DNA of 64,000 nt, from NCBI GenBank assembly GCA_964596715.1, contig CAZQVL010000001.1, positions 179,166 to 243,165 of the forward strand. Reading direction: 5' to 3'. The position numbers were made by a program, and so were the translations under genes. The stretch's first letter is position 1. Every line of letters begins with the position of its first letter. Below, one piece after another: positions 56,597 to 64,000 of the stretch. Below the pieces are notes generated by a model. That model saw nothing but the letters and a program-made list of their open reading frames with translations. It made no database searches and had not been told where the DNA came from. The DNA comes from an uncultured Rikenellaceae bacterium. GTDB taxonomy: Bacteria > Bacteroidota > Bacteroidia > Bacteroidales > VadinHA17.

Positions 56597-57745
56597 CTAT
56601 TTCAGTTTATTTATATCCCATTCAGGATACCATCTGATAACCGGATTACCGTCTTCCCATTCAACAGGCAGCCATATATAACGGCTGTCGGCAAGATTCT
56701 TAGGGGTCCATCTGTCGCCCATATAAATGAAAACATTCTTTTTACCATGAACCGGAAGAACAAAAGTACTCTGTGAACCAAAGGTAATCTTGTTTTCCTC
56801 TTCGGTACCTCTGCAAGGATTACCTGTGGTTGTCCAATCACCGGTTACCTTTTTTGCAACTGATAAACGCGCAGGATTAGGTCTCCAACCAGTGGTTCCG
56901 GATGAGAACATATAATATTTTTCTTTTGAATAGAATATGGCAGGAGCTTCATTTGATTCCCCCGGGAGGACTCGATAATATTTCCCTGTGAAGTAGAGAT
57001 AATCGTCAGTTAATTCTGAAAAGTGAAGTGTTTGATTTTCCTCTGAAGAGTGAATATGGTAAGCCTTCCCGTTTCTGTCAGCAAAAAGTGTCATGTCACG
57101 AGCCATCTGTCCCCCTTCAAAATCGCGTCTGAGATAAAGTCCCTCCTTTACAGCTTTTCTGAATTCATCTGAATTTCTTTTCAGATCGCTTTCATTTACA
57201 ACAGCTTTTTTTTGCTCCTCAGTGATATTCACCGGCCAAACACCTGCATTTGGTCTTAAGCTTCTGAGGTATTTATATGGACCTGTAATATGGTCACTGA
57301 CAGCAACTCCTGTGAGTGCTGCCCTGTATCCCTGACCTCTTAGTTCGTGATGAAACCACATTACAAACTTCCCTGTGTTTTTGTTGTAAAGTACTTTCGG
57401 ACGTTCAATCACGCAGCCGGGCTGAAGCAGACTCGTAGTATCGTTTATCACTCTCAGGGCCAATCCTTCATTTTTCCAGTTCAGCAAATCATTTGAGGAA
57501 TAGCAGCCAACACCATAATTAGTCAGGTCTTTTTCTGCCCGTGGAAGTCTTGATTCACCAAACCAGTAATAGGTTTCATCATAGAATAAAATACCTCCAC
57601 CATGGGCATTAATGTGATTACCTTCAGTATCAGGCCATAATTCGCCGGGCTTAATCAATGAATTACCTGGTTCCTGACAATTGATCTGAAAGAAAGCGTT
57701 GGTTAATAACGCGGACAAGATTATTCTAGTAAGGTTACTCATCAT
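56597..57745 (-). CDS. glycoside hydrolase family 43
   Basis: 382 aa with a signal peptide. HINAHGGGILFYDETYYWFGE, RPKVLYN and NEAPAIF blocks of the GH43 beta-propeller. Confidence 0.7.
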   Translation of the reverse strand: MMSNLTRIILSALLTNAFFQINCQEPGNSLIKPGELWPDTEGNHINAHGGGILFYDETYYWFGESRLPRAEKDLTNYGVGCYSSNDLLNWKNEGLALRVINDTTSLLQPGCVIERPKVLYNKNTGKFVMWFHHELRGQGYRAALTGVAVSDHITGPYKYLRSLRPNAGVWPVNITEEQKKAVVNESDLKRNSDEFRKAVKEGLYLRRDFEGGQMARDMTLFADRNGKAYHIHSSEENQTLHFSELTDDYLYFTGKYYRVLPGESNEAPAIFYSKEKYYMFSSGTTGWRPNPARLSVAKKVTGDWTTTGNPCRGTEEENKITFGSQSTFVLPVHGKKNVFIYMGDRWTPKNLADSRYIWLPVEWEDGNPVIRWYPEWDINKLK

Positions 57746-57785
57746 GGTAGCAGGTTAAGTTTATTTTATTAAAACCCCTTTCTTT

Positions 57786-57802
57786 TTCCCCCAGAAGGGG
57801 AA
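57786..57802. promoter_or_regulatory. 17-nt palindrome TTCCCCCAGAAGGGGAA
   Basis: Second copy of the palindrome, 41 nt upstream of the GH43 start codon. The flanks (CCCC-TTT upstream, AAA-TAG/TAC downstream) are also similar to copy 1. Confidence 0.4.
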
Positions 57803-58015
57803 ATAGTAGTAATTCTGAGGTACATTTTCTCTCCTGTGGCGGGATACCACACCAAACGGCGGGGAGGGGGTGTGTGTCAACCGTTTTCATCAAATCCTTT
57901 ACTATTACCCTTCTCCTCCCTTGGCGGGGAGAGAGGTGTGTATTACAAAGATAATTATTCGGTTTATCTGAGTAGTATGTTTAATTAAAATAGTTGATTC
58001 AATACCAATCTTTCT

Positions 58016-58023
58016 TATTTTTG
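58016..58023 (+). promoter_or_regulatory. candidate -7 box (TATTTTTG)
   Basis: Matches TAnnTTTG, 22 nt upstream of the ATG at 58045. Confidence 0.35.
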
Positions 58024-58044
58024 AACGAATAAACTTCAGGAAGT

Positions 58045-59922
58045 ATGAAAAAACAAGAAACCCTAAAAAGACATTTCTTACTAATATCATTACTGATATT
58101 TGGTTTTGTATTGAAGGATTCATTCTCACAGCCCATTGTCGGTCTCGATAACTGGTTTAACCGCGAGACCAATGCCAAAACCGGGCAACTTTACCATTAT
58201 TTATGGACAGATACCGAATGGAGCGGTTATTCACGCTGGGGAGGGATTTTTACCTCAAAAGGTGCAATTATTAAAACCGTTGAAAAACCTCTTCCCTCAG
58301 TGCTTGAAGGGATAGATATATATATCATTGTTGATCCTGATACCACAACAGAATCAAAATTACCTAATTATATTCTGCCGGAGGATATTGAGGTTATAAC
58401 CAGTTGGGTCAAAAAAGGTGGTGTACTGGCTATTCTTGCCAATGATGCACCGAATTGTGAATTCACTCATCTGAATCAGCTCGCTTCCCGTTTAGGGATG
58501 AAATTTAATCATGTAACCTTACATCCGGTACCCGGAACAGACTTTGAAATGGGAGCCTGCACCAATCTGCCTGATCACACCCTGTTCAAAGATGTTTCAA
58601 AGATTTATATCAAGGAGGTCTCGGATATCAGACTGTCGGGTGATGCAAAAGCAATTCTTACAGAGAATGGAAAAGTACTAATGGCTGAAAGCAAATATGG
58701 GAAAGGGTATGTGTTTGCTATTGGTGATCCATGGATCTATAACGAATATATTGACCATGACCGTCTGCCGGAGAGCTTTCAGAACCGGAAAGCGGCAGAG
58801 AACCTGACAGAGATGTTGTTGGGGAATATAGGAAGGAGAATCAGTACTATTACTGAACAGCCTGTCTCCAAAGAACAGACCATGTCAGCCATGGTCCTTG
58901 CTAACAGGTACTTTATGGATAAATGGCCTGATGTCGGAAAAACGATCATTACTGAACGTGAACGTCCGAGTAACATCTGGACCCGCGGAACTTATTACGA
59001 GGGATTAATGGCTCTGTATAAACTCAAACCAGATCCCTCATATTTGAACTATGCCGTGAGCTGGGGGGAATTTCATAATTGGGGTTTGCGCAACGGTATA
59101 AAGACCCGGAATGGAGATGACCAGTGCTGCGGTCAGACATATATTGACCTGTACCTGATGGATCCTTCAATAGAAGAAAGGATCAGGGATATTAAAGCCT
59201 GCATCGATAATATGCTTGCCACTGATAAGATTGATGACTGGAGCTGGATAGATCTGCTACATATGGCTATGCCGGTATTTGCCAGGCTGGGAACCATCTA
59301 CAAGGATAACAGGTACTTCGACAGGATGCACGAAATGTATCTGTACACCAAGCTGAAACACGGAACTAACGGCCTTTACAGTACTGAAGATCATCTTTGG
59401 TGGCGCGATAAGGATTTTGATCCTCCCTATACCGAGCCTAATGGAGAAGATTGTTACTGGTCGAGAGGTAACGGCTGGGTCGTTGCTGCACTGGTCAGAA
59501 CTTTAGAGTTCTTACCTGAGGATAATCATTACAGGAAAGAGTACCTCAGGACACTTAAGCAAATGTTCAAGGCACTTGTTAAGGTTCAGAGAAGTGATGG
59601 TTACTGGAATGTCAGCCTTCATGATCCTACCAATTTTGGAGGAAAAGAGCTTACAGGTACTGCTATGTTTACCTATGGGATGGCATGGGCTATTAATAAT
59701 GGAATAATCAATAAAAAGAAGTACCTTCCTGTTGTAAATAAAGCATGGAATGCACTTGTAACTGAATCAGTCCATCCTAATGGTTTTCTGGGATATGTTC
59801 AGGGAACAGGCAAGGAACCAAAAGACAGCCAACCAGTAGGTTATGATAATGTGCCGAACTTCGAGGATTTCGGTCTGGGCTGCTTACTCCTCGCCGGATC
59901 AGAGGTGTACAAAATTAAATAA
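58045..59922 (+). CDS. GH105/GH88-type unsaturated (rhamno)galacturonyl hydrolase with an extra N-terminal domain of about 260 aa
   Basis: 625 aa with a signal peptide. C-terminal half has YWSRGNGW, WWRD and (alpha/alpha)6-like blocks as in YteR/YesR. The N-terminal half resembles DUF4350/GldG-N-like modules. Confidence 0.6.
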   Translation: MKKQETLKRHFLLISLLIFGFVLKDSFSQPIVGLDNWFNRETNAKTGQLYHYLWTDTEWSGYSRWGGIFTSKGAIIKTVEKPLPSVLEGIDIYIIVDPDTTTESKLPNYILPEDIEVITSWVKKGGVLAILANDAPNCEFTHLNQLASRLGMKFNHVTLHPVPGTDFEMGACTNLPDHTLFKDVSKIYIKEVSDIRLSGDAKAILTENGKVLMAESKYGKGYVFAIGDPWIYNEYIDHDRLPESFQNRKAAENLTEMLLGNIGRRISTITEQPVSKEQTMSAMVLANRYFMDKWPDVGKTIITERERPSNIWTRGTYYEGLMALYKLKPDPSYLNYAVSWGEFHNWGLRNGIKTRNGDDQCCGQTYIDLYLMDPSIEERIRDIKACIDNMLATDKIDDWSWIDLLHMAMPVFARLGTIYKDNRYFDRMHEMYLYTKLKHGTNGLYSTEDHLWWRDKDFDPPYTEPNGEDCYWSRGNGWVVAALVRTLEFLPEDNHYRKEYLRTLKQMFKALVKVQRSDGYWNVSLHDPTNFGGKELTGTAMFTYGMAWAINNGIINKKKYLPVVNKAWNALVTESVHPNGFLGYVQGTGKEPKDSQPVGYDNVPNFEDFGLGCLLLAGSEVYKIK

Positions 59923-59925
59923 TAT

Positions 59926-60024
59926 CTCTGTGTTTCTCCGTGACTTTTTAGTGCCCCTCTGTGTAATTGGAAATTTTAAGAACTTACACAGAGTTACACA
60001 GAGGAGACACAAAGTAACACAGAG
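59926..60024. repeat. CACAGAG-type long imperfect palindrome, copy 2
   Basis: CTCTGTGTTTCTCCGTGAC...CTCTGTGTAA, a loop, then TTACACAGAGTTACACAGAGGAGACACAAAGTAACACAGAG. Starts 3 nt after the GH105 stop. Confidence 0.7.
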
Positions 60025-60063
60025 GTTTATTCAACTAACACTTATTGACTAAGAAAAACTTGT

Positions 60064-61959
60064 ATGAAGAGTTATTTTATTGTAGTTGCTCTGTTTGTCT
60101 TATTATTTAATTCTATTTATTCACAGGGAGTTCCGGAACGCCGAATGGAAAAACTCGACAGGGGTATTGTTGCTGTCAGAACAAGCCCCGGGGAGGTGTT
60201 TGTCTCCTGGCGACTTCTCGGCACTGATCCGGGTAATACAGGCTTCAATCTCTACCGGGGTAATCAGAAGCTTAATAAAAAGCCTTTAATCCAAACCACA
60301 TGGTTTATTGATAAAACAGCTTCAGATGAAACATATTCGGTCAAGGCTATGATAAATGGAAAAGAGGAACCTGTCTCAGCCTCCTGTGGAGTATGGAAAC
60401 AGAATTATTTAAAGATAACTCTGAACAGGCCTCCTGGTGGAACAATGGAACGGGAGGTTGTTTCAGATCGTACTAACCGACCAGGCCGACCTGCAGGCAA
60501 CCAGCCACAGGCTGCCAGATCCGACAGACCTCAGGTGGACCGCCGGCAATACACCTATTCACCTAATGATGCAAGCATTGCCGATCTTGACGGAGACGGA
60601 CAGTATGAGATTGTTCTGAAATGGGATCCTTCAAACGCCCGCGATAATGCCCATGATGGTTATACTGCAAGTGTAATGATTGATGCTTACGAGCTGGATG
60701 GCAGTCAGTTATGGCGTATTGACCTTGGGAAGAACATCAGGGCCGGGGCTCACTATACGCAGTTCCTGGTCTATGATTTTGACGGTGATGGTAAGGCAGA
60801 GATGGCTTGCAAAACAGCTGATGGGACTGTCGATGGCAAGGGAAAGGTAATTGGTGATCCGGATGCAGATTACGTTAACGAAAGGGGAAGGATCTTAACA
60901 GGTCCGGAATATCTTACAATATTCAATGGTGAGACAGGTGAGGCCATGAAGACAGTGGATTACATCCCCGGACGTGGTGATGTGTGCGGATGGGGAAATA
61001 ACGAATGTATCGGAAACCGGTCCGACAGGTTTCTTGCGTGTGTTGCCTGTCTCGATGGTATTCTTCCCAGCATTGTTATGTGCAGGGGTTATTACGGAAG
61101 GCTTACTCTTTGTGCCTGGGACTGGCGTAATGGAGAACTTTCTCAAAGATGGTTTTTTGATTCGGACAATGGTTATCCTGAATATATGGGTCAGGGTAAT
61201 CATAACCTCAGTGTTGCGGATGTTGATGGAGACGGGAAAGACGAAATAATTTACGGATCAAGCGCTTATGATGATGATGGTAAGCCTTTGTATACCACCG
61301 GAATGGGACATGGAGATGCGATGCACCTTTCCGACCTGGATCCGGAGCGTCCCGGTCTTGAGGTCTGGGCTGTAAAAGAAACCGGGGGGTGGGGTTCTGT
61401 CCTTCACAGCGCAAGAGATGGGGAAATACTCTTCCGCGTTCCCGATAACAGTGATGTGGGTCGTGGCAATGCAGCAGATATTTACCCCGACCACCGAGGC
61501 TTTGAGCTTTGGTCATCGGCTACAAGAGGTATTTACGATGTTAAGGGGCAGAAGATAACAAGTTCAATTCCGTCGGTGAACTTCAGGATCTACTGGGACG
61601 GAGACCTGCAGGATGAACTGCTTGACAGATCGTATATTGATGACTGGGACTATGTGAATCATAAACCTGTAAGACTGCTTGATGCTTCAGTGTATGGAGG
61701 AGCATCAATCAACGGTACAAAAGCTACTCCTGTAATCAGTGCGGATTTGCTTGGTGACTGGCGCGAAGAGGTGATCTTCAGGGGGAGTGATAATGCATCG
61801 CTTCTGCTGTTTACAACCATTATGCCAACAGACTACAGAATGAAGACTCTGATGCATGATCCTGTTTACCGGCTCGGCATTGCCTGGCAGAATGTTGTTT
61901 ATAACCAGCCTCCACACCTGGGATATTATATCGGTGATGGGATTCCGATTATGAAATAG
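60064..61959 (+). CDS. rhamnogalacturonan lyase, PL11 (YesW/YesX-like)
   Basis: 631 aa with a signal peptide. DLDGDGQYEIVLKWDPSNARDNAHDGYT, NIRAGAHYTQFLVYDFDGDGKAE and VADVDGDGKDEI are as I recall for Bacillus YesW. Confidence 0.75.
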   Translation: MKSYFIVVALFVLLFNSIYSQGVPERRMEKLDRGIVAVRTSPGEVFVSWRLLGTDPGNTGFNLYRGNQKLNKKPLIQTTWFIDKTASDETYSVKAMINGKEEPVSASCGVWKQNYLKITLNRPPGGTMEREVVSDRTNRPGRPAGNQPQAARSDRPQVDRRQYTYSPNDASIADLDGDGQYEIVLKWDPSNARDNAHDGYTASVMIDAYELDGSQLWRIDLGKNIRAGAHYTQFLVYDFDGDGKAEMACKTADGTVDGKGKVIGDPDADYVNERGRILTGPEYLTIFNGETGEAMKTVDYIPGRGDVCGWGNNECIGNRSDRFLACVACLDGILPSIVMCRGYYGRLTLCAWDWRNGELSQRWFFDSDNGYPEYMGQGNHNLSVADVDGDGKDEIIYGSSAYDDDGKPLYTTGMGHGDAMHLSDLDPERPGLEVWAVKETGGWGSVLHSARDGEILFRVPDNSDVGRGNAADIYPDHRGFELWSSATRGIYDVKGQKITSSIPSVNFRIYWDGDLQDELLDRSYIDDWDYVNHKPVRLLDASVYGGASINGTKATPVISADLLGDWREEVIFRGSDNASLLLFTTIMPTDYRMKTLMHDPVYRLGIAWQNVVYNQPPHLGYYIGDGIPIMK

Positions 61960-62014
61960 GAAGATACGCCATACATTGCGTGGTTCCACAATATTAATGT
62001 AAAATAATAATGTT

Positions 62015-62239
62015 ATGAGAAAATTGCAAATTATTCCAATACTGATTCTGGGTTTAATTTTTGCTTATTCATGTAGTCCTGATTCTGAACTAAGAGAAGC
62101 TTCTCCAGAATCGGTACAGGTTTCTGCCGAACGTCTTTCCCGAATTGACAATATGCTTCAGCAGTCCATCGACAGCGGATGGATAGCCGGAGCCGCCGGG
62201 TTTCGCGTTTGTCGTTTTTCGTTTAGAGTTCATTGTTAA
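62015..62239 (+). pseudogene. 5' remnant of a serine hydrolase / beta-lactamase-family lipoprotein gene
   Basis: 74-aa ORF. Lipobox AYSC. SAERLSRIDNMLQQSIDSGWIAGAAGF matches the usual N-terminus of class-C-like serine hydrolases. Homology stops near 62208 and a stop follows. Confidence 0.55.
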
Positions 62240-62288
62240 GGGTTTAGTTGATGCTGCAATTTTAGTCCAGTGTATTTATTTAACTTCG

Positions 62289-62320
62289 CAACGTATTAAA
62301 ATACGGCTTTTAATACGTTG
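62289..62320. repeat. perfect 13-bp inverted repeat with 6-nt loop
   Basis: CAACGTATTAAAA tacggc TTTTAATACGTTG. Lies between the gene remnant and the SWIM gene, with no T tract after it. Confidence 0.85.
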
Positions 62321-62381
62321 ATGTTACATCCTTGACCCGTAGGTTTTTAAAAATCAGTGGAATATTTGCATGAAGATTTTG

Positions 62382-62389
62382 TAAATTTG
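62382..62389 (+). promoter_or_regulatory. candidate -7 box (TAAATTTG)
   Basis: Matches TAnnTTTG, 54 nt upstream of the ATG at 62443. Confidence 0.3.
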
Positions 62390-62442
62390 TCAGCAGGACA
62401 AATAAAAGAGCTTTTACGTATACCTGAACTTCATGCAGATCC

Positions 62443-64000
62443 CACTTAATAATTTCGAGAAATACATCAATGAAACAATCCTTGACCGCGGATTAACATA
62501 CTTCAAAAACGGACATATAACTTCTCTCGAAGAGTTATCTCCCGGCGAATTTGAGGCTGTTGTCGAAGGAACAGAAGACTATGAGGTAAGATTGAAAATA
62601 CAAAATAACAATGTAACTGAATATTCCTGTTCCTGCCCATACGACTACGGTTCTGTATGCAAACATATTGTGGCGGTAATCTACTATTTACAGCAGGAAG
62701 AAACCGGTTTAAAACAATCTTATAAAGGGAAAAATAGTACAGGAAAACCTGCAACTAAAAGAAAAACTGTTTCGGAGCAGGTTGATGAAATGCTCGGTTC
62801 GCTCTCTCATGACGATTTAAAAACATTTATTAAAGGGCAATGCATCACTGATCCGGCTTTCCGGAGATCTTTTTTTTCAGGTCTTTTATATAAAACCTCG
62901 GCTGAATCGCCTGAAAAGTATCGCGAACAGGTGAAGAATATTCTCAGAAGCGCTAAAGAACGTGGAGGGTTTATTAACTGGTCTCGCGTGGGAATGGTTG
63001 GGAAAGCTGTTAATGCAATGCTCGATATAGCCATGAGGCATGTTGATTCCGGTAACTATCTGAGCGCTTGCTATATCTGTTTCCCTGTGGCTGAAGAGAT
63101 GGTTAAAGCCCTCGACTTTGCCGACGACAGCGATGGAGATATCGGCAGCAATATCGAAACAGCATTTGAAATACTTGCTGCTATCTCGTCGTCTGAAATA
63201 CCTGAGGAAATAAGAGTATATCTGCTTGATCAGGTCCTGAAACACTATAAGAAAAATATATTTTCAGGATGGGACTGGCAGACCTATCTGCTGGATATTG
63301 CTGTACAAGTTGTAAAAACTGAAAAGGAAGCTGAAGTAGTTTTTTCGCTGCTCTATACACATACACATTCGGAATACGAGAGCGAACAAATGACCAGGTT
63401 GGAATACGAGCTTATCAGAAAGATAAAAGGAGAGAAAGAAGCCGAAAAGTTTATCGAACAGAATCTTGATAATTCAGATCTCAGGAGAAAAGCAATAGAG
63501 AAAGCTTTAAGGGATAAGAATTTTGAGAAAGCAAAATCACTTGCAAATGACGGTATTAAAAAGGACACAGATGATAAACCGGGTCTTGCTAAAGAATGGT
63601 ATGACTGGCTGCTTCGAATAGCTCTTGCTGAAGATGATAAGCCTCATATTGTTGAATATGCACGATATCTTTTCATTGACGGTTTCCGACACGACCAGGA
63701 TTATTATGGTATCCTGAAACAATATACTAAACCTGCTGAATGGAACAGCTTTGTTGAAGGACTTATTGATGAGATCAGAAGAAAAGACCGTTGGTCGAAT
63801 ATTGATGTAATCGGGAAGATTTATATAACCGAGCAGTGGTGGGACAGACTTCTTAAACTTGTCAGGGAAACCCGTCATCTTCCTTATATACAGCATTATG
63901 AAAAATATTTGTCAGACAAATACCCTACGGAACTGGCTGAGCTTTATGAAAAAGGTATAACTGATTACCTGAAAAGAATGACAGGTAGAAATCATTATCA
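62443..64000 (+). CDS. SWIM zinc-finger family protein, 5' part (runs off the right edge)
   Basis: I read an open frame of 519 codons from ATG 62443 with no stop. MQIPLNNFEKYINETILDRGLTYFKNGHI..., SWIM motif YSCSCPYDYGSVCKHIVAV (CxC...CxH), then a long helical region. Absent from the ORF track because it has no stop. Confidence 0.75.

Noticed and set aside
57905-58129. 74-aa minus ORF ending …SLPAKGGEG, and the 69-aa ORF 59843..60052 (…HRVTQRRHKVTQRF…)
   Set aside because: Both are read-throughs of GC-rich or CACAGAG repeat modules and overlap real gene ends. Their composition is dictated by the repeats.

Overview
AT-rich, gene-dense chromosomal segment that looks like Bacteroidota. Supporting signs are T9SS parts (PorP/SprF, a type-B CTD cargo, a DUF5103 plug-like protein), TAnnTTTG -7 boxes, Na+-NQR and secreted glycoside hydrolases next to a TonB-dependent receptor. 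I saw no rRNA, tRNA, CRISPR array, transposase or integrase.

Gene content, left to right:
- 1-7 kb: fabD fragment, folE plus a PTPS-family gene, futalosine-pathway mqnB/mqnD, M28 peptidase, nitroreductase, proline dehydrogenase.
- 7-10.2 kb: ECF sigma, then a membrane-anchored PKD protein with a T9SS type-B CTD, then PorP/SprF.
- 10.2-12.5 kb: OmpH, GT2-like gene, FtsB-like gene.
- 12.5-21.5 kb: tungsten/molybdenum module. A ThiS/ThiF-type pair is divergent from an eight-gene operon (AOR-family oxidoreductase, WtpABC-like transporter, moeA, moaA, moaC, mogA/moaB).
- 23-30.2 kb: nqrABCDEF, apbE and a convergent small Cys-rich membrane ORF that may be an NqrM analog.
- 30.3-45.4 kb: housekeeping and miscellaneous genes (fused 2-oxoacid dehydrogenase E1, yqgE, holA, short AMP nucleosidase, HsdR_N protein, NUDIX fusion, alpha/beta hydrolase, yedF-selD, BNR/sortilin-like protein, NUDIX, MBL hydrolase).
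- 45.5-62 kb: pectin (rhamnogalacturonan)-type carbohydrate region with no SusC/SusD pair or regulator.
- 62-64 kb: a 5' remnant of a serine-hydrolase gene, a perfect 13-bp inverted repeat, and a SWIM zinc-finger ORF that runs off the right edge.

The least explained signal is in the intergenic DNA. It holds many short GC-rich or simple-sequence modules: CACAGAG-type long imperfect palindromes, a 17-nt palindrome found twice, and 7-, 8-, 9- and 16-bp tandem arrays. Many sit right at gene ends.

All calls rest on reading the ORF translations and the DNA by eye. Family names come from remembered motifs, not searches.
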